Below, piece by piece: positions 50,279-60,276 of a DNA stretch of 64,000 nt. Position numbers and translations under genes: made by a program. This DNA is from an uncultured Porphyromonadaceae bacterium (GTDB lineage Bacteria > Bacteroidota > Bacteroidia > Bacteroidales > Muribaculaceae), in the NCBI GenBank assembly GCA_947175495.1, contig CAMWNB010000006.1, positions 10,304 to 74,303 of the forward strand, given 5' to 3'. The stretch's first letter is position 1. Every line of letters begins with the position of its first letter. The notes below the pieces were generated by a model. It was not told the DNA's origin and did no database searches. It saw only the letters and a program-made list of their open reading frames with translations.

Positions 50279-51970
50279 TTACTTGTTGCCGGCGATGTTG
50301 TTTGCCATTACGACGGCTTTGGAGATGTGGTCGCAGATGTGGTCGGCTCCGATGAGTTTGTCGATGCCGGCATGCACGAGGGTCTCTCTGACACCGGGGC
50401 GCACGCCTGACAGCACAACGTGGATGCCTTCGCTCTGCGACGACCGGATGAGAATCTCGAGGTTGTGGAGCGCGGTGGCGTCGATGAAGGCTACTTTGCG
50501 CATGCGGATGATGCGTACGACGGGTTTGCTGCCGATGGTGGAGCGCATCATTTCGTCGAATTTCGTGGCTATACCGAAGAAGAACGGGCCGTCGATTTCG
50601 TAGACGCTGACTCCGCGGGCCACGTCGAGGACTTCGTGCTGCGACAGGTCGGTGCCTTCGGCTACGTCGAGCTGTTCGGAGTAGACTTTTATCTCGGTGT
50701 TTTCCATGACGCGGCGCATGAAAAGGACTACGGCGAGCAGCAGTCCCAGCTCGATGGCAATGGTGAGGTCGAAAATTACGGTGAGCAGGAATGTGACGAT
50801 GAGGACTGAGATGTCGCTCTTGGGCGCGTGGAACAGCCCTACAATCGTGCGCCAACCGCTCATGTTGTAGGCTACGACTACGAGGACTGCCGCAAGGGTG
50901 GCCATGGGGATGTAGTTGATGAGCGGCATGGCGAAGAGGAATATGAGCAGGAGCACGAGGGCATGGACGATGCCGGCGACCGGCGTGCGGCCGCCGTTGG
51001 TGATGTTGGTCATGGTGCGTGCGATGGCTCCTGTGACCGGTATGCCTCCGAAGAAGGGCACGACGATGTTGGCGACGCCCTGTCCGATGAGCTCGGTGTT
51101 GCTGTTGGTGCGGGAACCGGTGACGCCGTCGGCTACGGTGGCGCTGAGCAGCGATTCTATGGCGCCGAGCATTGCGATGGTGAATGCGGAGGGGAGCAGC
51201 AGGTTGATGGTGGCCATGTTGATGCGGAAGCCGTGGGGTGCGGGTATGTCGGTGCTCATGGTTCCGAACCGGTCGCCGATGGTTTCGACGCTGTAGCCGG
51301 GCAGGAACATGGACGCGATGTAGGCGCCTGCCGTGACAAGTATGATGGCGATGAGCGCTCCGGGCAGTTTCTTTGAGATGCGTGGCGTTACCATTATAAT
51401 AAGGAGCGATATTGCGGCTGTGGCGGTGGTGGCTATGTCGATGGAGCCCAGATTGGAGAGGTATTTTCCCCATTTGGGGATGAATTCGCTGGGGATGTCG
51501 CGCAGCCCGAGGCCGAGGAAGTCGTTGATCTGCGTGGAGAATATGGTGAGCGCTATGCCTGCGGTGAAGCCCACGACAATCGGGTAGGGGATGAATTTGA
51601 TGACGGTGCCGAGCCGGAACAGGCCCATCATGACGAGGATGAGGCCTGCCATGAGTGTGGCGATGGCGAGCCCCTGGAGGCCGAATTGGGCGATGATGTT
51701 GTAGACAATCACGATGAATGCGCCTGTGGGGCCTCCGATCTGCACGGAGTTGCCTCCGATGGCGGATACGAGGAATCCGCCGATGATGGCGGTGATCAGA
51801 CCGATTGACGGGCTTACGCCGGACGCGATGCCGAATGCGATTGCGAGAGGAAGAGCCACGATGCCTACTACTACTCCGGCTGTGATGTCGGCGCGCAGGC
51901 GTTCCATGCTATAGTGGCGGAGAGCACTGAAGAGTTTGGGATGAAAATCGATTGTACCTGTAAGTCCCAT
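50279..51970 (-). CDS. SulP family anion permease with STAS domain
   Basis: ADITAGVVVGIVALPLAIAF, GGPTGAF, GAIARTMTN, GPFFFG, IRMRKV.FIDAT. Confidence 0.94.
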   Translation of the reverse strand: MGLTGTIDFHPKLFSALRHYSMERLRADITAGVVVGIVALPLAIAFGIASGVSPSIGLITAIIGGFLVSAIGGNSVQIGGPTGAFIVIVYNIIAQFGLQGLAIATLMAGLILVMMGLFRLGTVIKFIPYPIVVGFTAGIALTIFSTQINDFLGLGLRDIPSEFIPKWGKYLSNLGSIDIATTATAAISLLIIMVTPRISKKLPGALIAIILVTAGAYIASMFLPGYSVETIGDRFGTMSTDIPAPHGFRINMATINLLLPSAFTIAMLGAIESLLSATVADGVTGSRTNSNTELIGQGVANIVVPFFGGIPVTGAIARTMTNITNGGRTPVAGIVHALVLLLIFLFAMPLINYIPMATLAAVLVVVAYNMSGWRTIVGLFHAPKSDISVLIVTFLLTVIFDLTIAIELGLLLAVVLFMRRVMENTEIKVYSEQLDVAEGTDLSQHEVLDVARGVSVYEIDGPFFFGIATKFDEMMRSTIGSKPVVRIIRMRKVAFIDATALHNLEILIRSSQSEGIHVVLSGVRPGVRETLVHAGIDKLIGADHICDHISKAVVMANNIAGNK

Positions 51971-52148
51971 ATTTTGAATTACCTTGAAAACCGGGCGCAG
52001 CCTCATTCGGATAGTGGCTTTGCCGCTGAAAAACGGGTGCAAAGGTAGTGAAAAAATATTAAAAATAAAAGAATTTGCCGAGTTTTGTGGCGGACTATAA
52101 GTGGAGGACTGTGTGTCGGGTGTAAAAAAAAGGATATGGCGCTTTAAA

Positions 52149-52180
52149 TTTGTTTAATTGCAATTTAATCTGTAATTTTG
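52149..52180 (+). promoter_or_regulatory. Consensus promoter for the wecA-ugd locus
   Basis: TTTG-20 nt-TAATTTTG, a perfect Bacteroidetes consensus, about 285 nt before the ATG. Confidence 0.7.
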
Positions 52181-52466
52181 CGGCAGAAAAGTGAGGGTTA
52201 AAAACTCATCAAGTGTATGTTTTCACGGTGTGAATCCGGAAATAATGCATTCTTGAGTGTGTTTTGCCGACCTTGCGATTCTTTATCCTTATGCTTGTAG
52301 AACCGCATAAATGTCAAGAGTGAAAGCTATAGCAGCAACACATAAAAAAATGCTTGGTGTGTCGGTAAAGGCCGGCACCGGGTCTATATGCGGACGACAA
52401 AGTGCGGATGGCCGCGAACTTTTTTAATCTTTTTTGCATTATCAATATAATTCATGCTACGTCCCT

Positions 52467-53588
52467 ATGAACTTGAGCGCTATTGAATGTCTTGCCGTAT
52501 TCTTTGTGAGCCTGCTGCTGGCGGGTATCATCATCCCACAAATATTGCTTATCTCGTTTCGAAAGAATCTTTTCGACGAGATTGACGAGCGAAAGATTCA
52601 TCAAGGTCGTGTTCCGCGTCTTGGCGGAATAGCGTTTATGCCTTCGATGGTTTTCTCTGTGGCATGTGTCGGCGGCCTTTGTTGTTTTGCCGGGCTGCAG
52701 GACGCCTCGATGCCGGAGGAGACTTTCGTGGCTTTCTGTTTCGGCGTGTGCGCTCTTATGATAATGTATCTTGTCGGCATGGCCGACGACCTTATCGGCG
52801 TGCGCTACAGCGCGAAGTTTGTCGCACAGATTCTTGCCGCCGGATTTCTTTCGGTGTCGGGTCTGACGATTGATAATCTTTACGGATTCTGCGGCATATA
52901 TGAGATTCCGCTTTATGTCGCGGTGCCGTTTACGATGCTGGTAGTGGTGTTTGTGACCAATTCCATTAACCTTATAGACGGCATCGACGGCCTGGCTTCC
53001 GGCTTGAGCTCCATAGCGATGCTGTTCTACGGCTGGGTGCTTCTGTGCTGCGGGGAGACGGCGTACGCATTGGTTGCGTTTGGTCTTCTTGGCGCGCTTA
53101 TCCAGTTCTATTATTACAATGTGTTCGGCAATGCCAAAGTCGGAAAAAAAATATTCATGGGCGACACCGGTGCTCTCACTACCGGCATCATAATCTGTTT
53201 CCTTGGTCTGCATATCTGCAATCTGGATGTTGCGGCCCACGGGTTCGACTGCGATCCTCTGGTGATGGCGTTTGCTCCGTTGCTGATTCCGTGTTTCGAC
53301 GTTGTGCGCGTGTATTTCCGCCGTATCCGCCACCACACGAATCCTTTCTTGCCCGATAAGTCGCATATTCACCACAAACTGCTTGCTGCCGGTCTCAGAC
53401 AGCGTGTGGCCATGGTCTCCATTCTTCTTGTATCGCTCGTGTTCATCGCTGCAAACTATTGGCTGTCAATTATGATGAACAGTACGTTCCTGCTTGGTGT
53501 GGATGTGCTGGTGTTTGTGGTGATTAATATTTGGCTCGGTCAAGCAATAAAACAAGCAGAAACTCGTATAAATATAGACACAAAATAA
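52467..53588 (+). CDS. wecA: WecA/TagO-like undecaprenyl-phosphate sugar-1-P transferase
   Basis: PRLGGIA, GMADDL, NSINLIDGIDGLA, IFMGDTGA, HIHHKLL. Confidence 0.9.
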   Translation: MNLSAIECLAVFFVSLLLAGIIIPQILLISFRKNLFDEIDERKIHQGRVPRLGGIAFMPSMVFSVACVGGLCCFAGLQDASMPEETFVAFCFGVCALMIMYLVGMADDLIGVRYSAKFVAQILAAGFLSVSGLTIDNLYGFCGIYEIPLYVAVPFTMLVVVFVTNSINLIDGIDGLASGLSSIAMLFYGWVLLCCGETAYALVAFGLLGALIQFYYYNVFGNAKVGKKIFMGDTGALTTGIIICFLGLHICNLDVAAHGFDCDPLVMAFAPLLIPCFDVVRVYFRRIRHHTNPFLPDKSHIHHKLLAAGLRQRVAMVSILLVSLVFIAANYWLSIMMNSTFLLGVDVLVFVVINIWLGQAIKQAETRINIDTK

Positions 53589-53608
53589 CCATTGTTCAGA
53601 TAAAAAAG

Positions 53609-54394
53609 ATGAAATTTACCCATATGCTTTGCATCACAGCTGTTGCCGCAGCAATGGCTTCATGCAATTCGTCGAAGAATGTGCTCTACATGCAGGACGC
53701 AAATGTGAATGTGCCCGAGACTATCACCAATATGCAGCAGATAACGGTGCAGCCCGGCGACAAGCTTACTATCATGGTGAGCTGTAAGGATCCCGAACTT
53801 GCGCAGATGTTCAATCTTGTGGAGACGAATACGCGAATCGGCCAGCAGAAGTCCTATAACAACTATGTGTCGGCCTACAGTGTCAATGAGGTTGGCGACA
53901 TCAACTTCCCGGTGCTGGGAGAAGTGCATGTGGCAGGTCTGACGCGCACCGGCATAGCGGAACTGCTCTGCCACCGTCTGGAGTCGGAGGATCTTCTAAA
54001 GGATCCCGTGGTGACTGTCGAGTTTGCCAATCTGCGTGTATCGGTTATCGGAGATGTGAAGAGCCCTTCCACTTATGAAATCACAAATGACCGTGTAACT
54101 CTTTTCGAGGCGCTCAGCATGGCAGGCGACTTGAATGTGACGGGTAAGCGCGACGGTGTGTATGTGGTGAGAGAAGAGGGCAACAAGCGTACCACTTACA
54201 AGGTGGATCTGCGCAGTGCCGATGTGATGAACTCGCCGGTGTTCTATCTCAAGCAGAACGACGTGATATACGTGGAACCCAATAAAACCAAGGCCGGTCA
54301 AAGCAGTGTGAACGAGAACAGCTTCAAGAGCGCCGGACTGTGGATCAGTGTGGCCTCGTTACTTACCTCCGTTGCAGTACTTATCTGGAAATAA
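53609..54394 (+). CDS. wza: Wza polysaccharide export lipoprotein
   Basis: Lipobox MASC; VQPGDKL, GDINFPVLG, LKQNDVIYVEPN. Confidence 0.92.
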   Translation: MKFTHMLCITAVAAAMASCNSSKNVLYMQDANVNVPETITNMQQITVQPGDKLTIMVSCKDPELAQMFNLVETNTRIGQQKSYNNYVSAYSVNEVGDINFPVLGEVHVAGLTRTGIAELLCHRLESEDLLKDPVVTVEFANLRVSVIGDVKSPSTYEITNDRVTLFEALSMAGDLNVTGKRDGVYVVREEGNKRTTYKVDLRSADVMNSPVFYLKQNDVIYVEPNKTKAGQSSVNENSFKSAGLWISVASLLTSVAVLIWK

Positions 54395-54407
54395 TTAGAT
54401 ACAGGAT

Positions 54408-56798
54408 ATGTCAGAAATACAGACTAATATCGACGAGAAAGTCGAATCCACCCTGTCAATTCACGACTTGCTTTACCTTTTCCGCCAGAAATGGTACTGG
54501 TTTGTAATAAGCCTCGCGTTCTTCTTCTGCGTGGGAGTTGTCTATCTGATGAAGACCGCTCCGATGTATACGCGCACTGCCGCTCTCCTTATCAAGGATG
54601 ACAAGAAGGGCACTTCGGTGGCAGCTGAAATGTCGAGTCTCGGCATTTTTCAGCCTAAAAGCAATATTGACAACGAGATGCTCACTCTCCAGAGCCCTTC
54701 GCTGATGGAGGAGGTGATCACGCGTCTCAAACTCAATGATTCGTATTCGATAAAGACCGGCCTTAGAAAAACCGATCTGTACAAATCTACGCCGTTCATT
54801 ATCGCCGCGGCGGAAAAAGATATGCCGGAGTTCACCTGCGTCGCTGTTCTTGCGGAAGAAGGAAACGAACTTACGCTGAGTGATTTTCGCTATGAGGAAG
54901 AGGAGCCGGAGGATGTGGTCAAGGGCCAGTTGGGCGACACTGTGGTCACTCCTGTCGGCAAACTTTATCTGAGCGTTTCGCCCTGGGACTCCGAAGGTTT
55001 GCGCGGCAAGCAGATTATGTTCGGCCATGTCGAGCCGTCGTCAATCTCCCAGGACTATGCAAAGGGTGTCGTGACGGAGCTTGGTGCGGAAAACGGCACT
55101 ATCATCGACATTTCGTACAGCGCATCGTCCATCCAGAAAGCCGAGGACATTCTCAACACTCTTATACAAGTGTACAACGACCGGTGGGTGCTGGACAAGA
55201 ATCAGATGGCTGTGAGCACGTCGCGCTTCATCAGCGACCGCCTGGGTGTGATAGAAGGCGAGCTTGGCAACGTCGATTCCGACATTTCCTCCTTCAAGAG
55301 CGCGCATCTTATGCCAAACGTAGAGGTCGCATCCGAATTGTATATGCGCCAGAACGAAGAGACACGCCGCGAAATCAGCGATGTGAACAACCAGCTTCAA
55401 GTGGCGCGACATATCCGCAATGAGCTTTCTAACGACCGCATAGACCAGCAGCTGCCGACGCCGTCGGCTCTGCAGTCGCCGGACCTCAACCAGCAGATCG
55501 GAGCCTATAATACGATGGTGATTGACCGCAACCGTCTGATTGCCGGTTCGTCGGAAACCAATCCGCTTGTGCAGGAGCGCACGAGTGCGCTGCGCGTGAT
55601 GCGTGACAACATCATCAGCACTGTCGACAATCTGATATCGGCTCTCAATTCGCGGGTGAACAGTCTGCATGGCCAGCAGGTGGCTACTACCGGCCAGCTG
55701 GCGGCCAATCCTAACCAGGCGAAATATCTTCTCAGCGTAGAACGCCAGCAGAAGGTGAAGGAGCAGTTGTATCTGTATCTTCTTCAGAAGCGCGAAGAGA
55801 ATGAGCTAAACCAGGCATTCACCTCGTACAATACGCGGCTGATCACTCCGCCGATGGGCAGCAAACTGCCGACTTCGCCCAACCGCCGCAATGTGATGCT
55901 TGTGATGTTCCTGCTGGGACTGGTGGTGCCTGCCGGTGCTCTTTACCTGTATGAACTTCTTGACAACAAGGTGCGTTCGCGCCGCGATCTTGAAGGGCTG
56001 TCGGTTCCGTATGTCGGAGAGATTCCCATGGCGTTCCCTATGCCTCATGGGCTGAAGCGTCTGCGTCCTGCCAAGAAGTCCGGTTCCGACGACCGTTTGC
56101 TTATAGAAGATGGCAATACCGATATCATCAACGAGGCATTCCGTGTGGTTCGTTCGAATCTTGAATTTGTGGGAGGCCGCGCGTTTGAGGAATCGCGTAC
56201 AATTATGGTCACGAGCGCGGTGCCCGGTTCCGGCAAGACGTTCGTGACGATGAATCTCGCTGCGGTGATGGCTCTTAAGGGCAAGCGCGTGATTGTGCTG
56301 GACCTTGACATGCGCCGCGCCTCGCTGAGCAAATATGTGGGGAGCCCTCATGTCGGCATATCGGCTGTACTTATCGGCAAGGCTCCGCTGTCGGCTGCCA
56401 TCGTCAAAAATGTGTCCGGCATAGACAACCTCAGTGTGCTGCCTGTCGGAGCGCTTCCTCCCAACCCCGCGGAACTTCTCTATACGCCGGAGTTCAGCAA
56501 ACTCATGGAGGAACTCAAGAGCAGCTACGACTGTGTGCTGCTTGACTGCCCGCCTGCCGAGGTTGTGGCGGATGCGAAGATTATCTCCAGGTTTGTCGAC
56601 CTTACGATTTGGGTGGTGCGCGCCGGTCTTTTCGAGAAGCCCATGCTGCCGCTTCTGCAGCGTTACTATGACGAGCGCCGTTATCCGAGCCTCTGCATCC
56701 TGCTCAACGGAACAGACCCCGCGCATACGTCGTCGTATCAGCGTTATGGCTATGCGGCAACATATAAGCAGTACGCCCAGGCAAACCATAAGCAATAG
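54408..56798 (+). CDS. wzc: Wzc tyrosine kinase
   Basis: Walker A VPGSGKT; DLDMRR; PPNPAELL; Tyr-rich tail YQRYGY. Confidence 0.93.
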   Translation: MSEIQTNIDEKVESTLSIHDLLYLFRQKWYWFVISLAFFFCVGVVYLMKTAPMYTRTAALLIKDDKKGTSVAAEMSSLGIFQPKSNIDNEMLTLQSPSLMEEVITRLKLNDSYSIKTGLRKTDLYKSTPFIIAAAEKDMPEFTCVAVLAEEGNELTLSDFRYEEEEPEDVVKGQLGDTVVTPVGKLYLSVSPWDSEGLRGKQIMFGHVEPSSISQDYAKGVVTELGAENGTIIDISYSASSIQKAEDILNTLIQVYNDRWVLDKNQMAVSTSRFISDRLGVIEGELGNVDSDISSFKSAHLMPNVEVASELYMRQNEETRREISDVNNQLQVARHIRNELSNDRIDQQLPTPSALQSPDLNQQIGAYNTMVIDRNRLIAGSSETNPLVQERTSALRVMRDNIISTVDNLISALNSRVNSLHGQQVATTGQLAANPNQAKYLLSVERQQKVKEQLYLYLLQKREENELNQAFTSYNTRLITPPMGSKLPTSPNRRNVMLVMFLLGLVVPAGALYLYELLDNKVRSRRDLEGLSVPYVGEIPMAFPMPHGLKRLRPAKKSGSDDRLLIEDGNTDIINEAFRVVRSNLEFVGGRAFEESRTIMVTSAVPGSGKTFVTMNLAAVMALKGKRVIVLDLDMRRASLSKYVGSPHVGISAVLIGKAPLSAAIVKNVSGIDNLSVLPVGALPPNPAELLYTPEFSKLMEELKSSYDCVLLDCPPAEVVADAKIISRFVDLTIWVVRAGLFEKPMLPLLQRYYDERRYPSLCILLNGTDPAHTSSYQRYGYAATYKQYAQANHKQ

Positions 56799-56805
56799 TT
56801 TCTGA

Positions 56806-57993
56806 ATGAAACAGAAGACCGTACTGCTTGTGTTTGGCACACGTCCGGAGGCAATCAAGATGGCTCCGCTCGTGAGGACACTTGCCGCCCGCAAGGATGA
56901 TTTCCGCACGGTGGTGTGTGTGTCGGGCCAGCACAGGAGTATGCTCGACCAGGTACTTGACGTGTTTGGGATAACGCCCGATTTCGATCTTGACATAATG
57001 AAACCCGGGCAGGACCTGTACGATGTGACTGCGCGTGTGCTCACCGGCATGCGCGATGTCCTTGGAAAGGTGAATCCCGATATTGTGCTTGTGCACGGCG
57101 ACACGACTACGTCGACGGCAGCCGCACTGGCGGCGTTTTACCGGCAGGTGCCGGTGGGACATGTCGAGGCCGGACTGCGCACACATAATGTGATGTCGCC
57201 ATGGCCGGAGGAGATGAACCGCCAGATAACGGGCCGCATTGCTTCGATACATTTTGCTCCTACGGCGCTCGGCCGTGAGAATCTGTTGAACGAAGGGGTT
57301 GACGGCTCGGCGGTCATGGTGACGGGAAACACCGTGATAGATGCGTTGCATCTGGTGGTGGACAGGATCGGCGGGGACAGGGTTCTGGCTGAGTCGCTGG
57401 ACGCTCAGCTGAGGACTGCCGGATACGACTGCGGGCGCATTGCCGGCGGTCGTCGGCTTGTTCTTGTGACCGGTCACCGCCGAGAGAATTTCGGCGCGGG
57501 CTTTATTTCGATATGCAATGCGCTGAAGACTCTTGCGGAACATTTCCCGGATGTGGATTTTGTGTATCCGATGCATCTTAATCCGAATGTGCGCCGTCCG
57601 ATTGCCGAGGTGTTCGGCGAGAATCATGGTCGGCTGAAGAACGTTTTCTTCATTGAGCCGCTGGAGTATCTGAGTTTTGTCCGTCTGATGTCGCGGTCGC
57701 ACATTGTGCTTACCGACAGCGGCGGCATTCAAGAAGAAGCTCCCGGGCTGGGCAAGCCTGTGCTTGTGATGCGAGACACGACGGAGCGTCCGGAGGCACT
57801 TGAGGCCGGAACGGTGCGTCTTGTCGGCACGGATTATGACAGGATTGTGGGCGAGATGACGCGTCTGCTCACCGATGCTGATGCGTATGCTGAAATGTCG
57901 AAGGCGGTCAATCCTTATGGCGACGGTCGGGCATGCTCCCGCATAGCAGAGGCTGTCGCCGATTTTTTAACGAATAAAAAAGATAAACAATGA
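56806..57993 (+). CDS. wecB: UDP-GlcNAc 2-epimerase (non-hydrolysing)
   Basis: FGTRPEAIKMAP, HGDTTT, GHVEAGLRT, HRRENFG, TDSGGIQEEAP, NPYGDG. Confidence 0.97.
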   Translation: MKQKTVLLVFGTRPEAIKMAPLVRTLAARKDDFRTVVCVSGQHRSMLDQVLDVFGITPDFDLDIMKPGQDLYDVTARVLTGMRDVLGKVNPDIVLVHGDTTTSTAAALAAFYRQVPVGHVEAGLRTHNVMSPWPEEMNRQITGRIASIHFAPTALGRENLLNEGVDGSAVMVTGNTVIDALHLVVDRIGGDRVLAESLDAQLRTAGYDCGRIAGGRRLVLVTGHRRENFGAGFISICNALKTLAEHFPDVDFVYPMHLNPNVRRPIAEVFGENHGRLKNVFFIEPLEYLSFVRLMSRSHIVLTDSGGIQEEAPGLGKPVLVMRDTTERPEALEAGTVRLVGTDYDRIVGEMTRLLTDADAYAEMSKAVNPYGDGRACSRIAEAVADFLTNKKDKQ

Positions 57994-59198
57994 AAGCATG
58001 TTTCATTGGTCTCGGATATATAGGACTTCCTACGGCGATTATTGCAGCGCGTTATGGCGCGGCGGAGGTGGTCGGAGTGGATATCAATCCGTCGGTCGTG
58101 GAGAAAACGAATGCGGGCAAGCTGCACTTTGTGGAACCCGGCATGGAGGAACTGCTGCGGGAGTCGCTGTCGTCGGGGGCTTTTCGTGCCACTCTTGCTC
58201 CTGAAGAGGCTGATGCGTTCTTTATTGTTGTGCCTACGCCGTTCAAGGGCGACCACAAGCCGGACATCAGTTTTGTGGAAGCAGCAACGCGCGCGGTCGT
58301 ACCTTTCCTGAAAGAGGGAAATCTGTTTGTCATCGAGTCGACATCGCCAATCGGCACGACGGAGGCGATGGCCGCGCTGATATACGAGCTGCGCCCAGAG
58401 CTTGAAGGAAAAATACATGTGGCATACTGCCCCGAGCGTGTGCTGCCCGGCAATGTGAGCTATGAACTGGTGCACAACGACCGTGTGATTGGCGGCATGG
58501 ATGAGGCGGCTACAGAGGCGGCATGTGCTTTTTATTCCCGCTTTGTGAAAGGGCAGCTGCATCATACGAACTCGCGCACGGCCGAGATGTGCAAGCTGAC
58601 GGAAAATGCGTCGCGCGACGTGCAGATTGCGTTTGCCAATGAGCTGAGTTTCATATGCGACAAGGCCGGCATCAACGTGTGGGAGCTTATCGCTCTGGCC
58701 AACCGCCATCCGAGGGTCAACATCCTGCAGCCGGGCTGTGGGGTGGGCGGCCATTGCATAGCCGTGGATCCTTATTTCATCACCGCTGATTTCCCCGAGG
58801 AATCGCGGTTGATTGCTTCGGCTCGAGAGATAAACAACCACAAGGCCATGTGGTGTGCGGAGAAGGTCAAGAACGCGATGCTGCAGTTTGAGATTGACAA
58901 GCGCCGGAAGCCTGTTGTGGCTATGATGGGACTGGCTTTCAAGCCGAATATCGACGATTTGCGTGAATCGCCGGCCAAATACATCGTGTCGACCGTGCTG
59001 CAGTGCTGCAACAGAGCTGATATTCTTGTCGTAGAGCCAAATGTGGCCGAGCACAATGTGTTTAAACTCACCGACTATCGTGAGGCGTATGACAAGGCCG
59101 ATATTGTGGTGTTCCTGACTGCTCATGATCAATTCAAATCGCTTCCCGAACCGACAGAAAAGACCGTATTAGACTTTTGTGGAATCTATAAAAAATGA
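57990..59198 (+). CDS. wecC: UDP-ManNAc dehydrogenase
   Basis: GLGYIGLPTA, YCPERVLPG, CKLTENASRDVQIAFANE, GGHCIAVDP. Confidence 0.95.
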   Translation: MKACFIGLGYIGLPTAIIAARYGAAEVVGVDINPSVVEKTNAGKLHFVEPGMEELLRESLSSGAFRATLAPEEADAFFIVVPTPFKGDHKPDISFVEAATRAVVPFLKEGNLFVIESTSPIGTTEAMAALIYELRPELEGKIHVAYCPERVLPGNVSYELVHNDRVIGGMDEAATEAACAFYSRFVKGQLHHTNSRTAEMCKLTENASRDVQIAFANELSFICDKAGINVWELIALANRHPRVNILQPGCGVGGHCIAVDPYFITADFPEESRLIASAREINNHKAMWCAEKVKNAMLQFEIDKRRKPVVAMMGLAFKPNIDDLRESPAKYIVSTVLQCCNRADILVVEPNVAEHNVFKLTDYREAYDKADIVVFLTAHDQFKSLPEPTEKTVLDFCGIYKK

Positions 59199-60259
59199 AC
59201 GAACGTATGAAAATTCTTGTGACAGGTGCCGCCGGTTTTATCGGCTCGGCCGTGTGCAGACGTCTGCTTGACCGTGGCGACACAGTCGTGGGCCTTGACA
59301 ACATAAACGACTATTACGACCCGGAGCTGAAATACGGACGTCTTGCCGGACTTGGCATTGCTAAAGAGGCCATAGACTGGTATAAGTTTGTCAAGTCTGA
59401 TGCGTTCGAAGGTTTCACGTTTGTGCGCATGAACCTTGAAGACACGCAGGCCATGCGCATGTTGTTTGCGAACGGTTCGTTCGATACGGTGATAAACCTT
59501 GGCGCTCAAGCCGGGGTGCGTTATTCAATCACCAATCCGCATGCTTATATCGAGAGCAATGTGGATGGTTTCATAAATGTGCTTGAAGGATGCCGCGACA
59601 ATAAGGTGGGCCACCTGGTGTATGCTTCGTCGTCGAGCGTGTACGGCCTCAATGGCAAGGTGCCTTTCTCGGAGCATGACGGCATAGCACACCCTGTGAG
59701 CCTGTATGCCGCGACCAAAAAGAGCAACGAGCTGATGGCGCATGCCTATTCAAAGCTCTATGGCATACCCACGACGGGACTGCGTTTCTTCACGGTGTAT
59801 GGTCCATGGGGACGCCCGGACATGTCGCCATTCCTTTTTATGGATGCGATTCTTCACGACCGTTCGATAAAGGTGTTCAACAATGGCGACATGCTGCGCG
59901 ATTTCACATATATCGACGATATCGTGGAGGGTGTGGTGAGAATCGCCCAGGTGGTGCCTGCCGGCAATGCAGAGTGGGACGAGGAGAATCCCGACCCGGC
60001 TACGTCGCCTGCTCCATACCGCATCTATAACATAGGCAACCAGCAGCCCACACGCCTGATGGACTACATCGCCTGCATAGAAAAGGCAATCGGCCGCGAG
60101 GCCCGCAAAGATTTTCTGCCCATGCAGCCGGGAGATGTGTATCAGACATATGCTGACTCGTCGGCGCTTGCGGAAGCCACCGGTTTTCGCCCCTCCACCC
60201 CGCTTCAGCAGGGCATAGACCGCACCGTGGAGTGGTTCAAAAAGTATTATAATCTATAA
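59195..60259 (+). CDS. NAD-dependent epimerase (UDP-glucuronate 4-epimerase-like)
   Basis: TGAAGFIG, AQAGVRYS, YAATKKSNE, RFFTVYGPWGRPDM, MQPGDV. Confidence 0.93.
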   Translation: MNERMKILVTGAAGFIGSAVCRRLLDRGDTVVGLDNINDYYDPELKYGRLAGLGIAKEAIDWYKFVKSDAFEGFTFVRMNLEDTQAMRMLFANGSFDTVINLGAQAGVRYSITNPHAYIESNVDGFINVLEGCRDNKVGHLVYASSSSVYGLNGKVPFSEHDGIAHPVSLYAATKKSNELMAHAYSKLYGIPTTGLRFFTVYGPWGRPDMSPFLFMDAILHDRSIKVFNNGDMLRDFTYIDDIVEGVVRIAQVVPAGNAEWDEENPDPATSPAPYRIYNIGNQQPTRLMDYIACIEKAIGREARKDFLPMQPGDVYQTYADSSALAEATGFRPSTPLQQGIDRTVEWFKKYYNL

Positions 60260-60276
60260 CCAATCAATAAACGCAT

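Noticed and set aside
52050-52466. Invertible capsule promoter
   Set aside because: No flanking inverted repeats of adequate length and no recombinase nearby.
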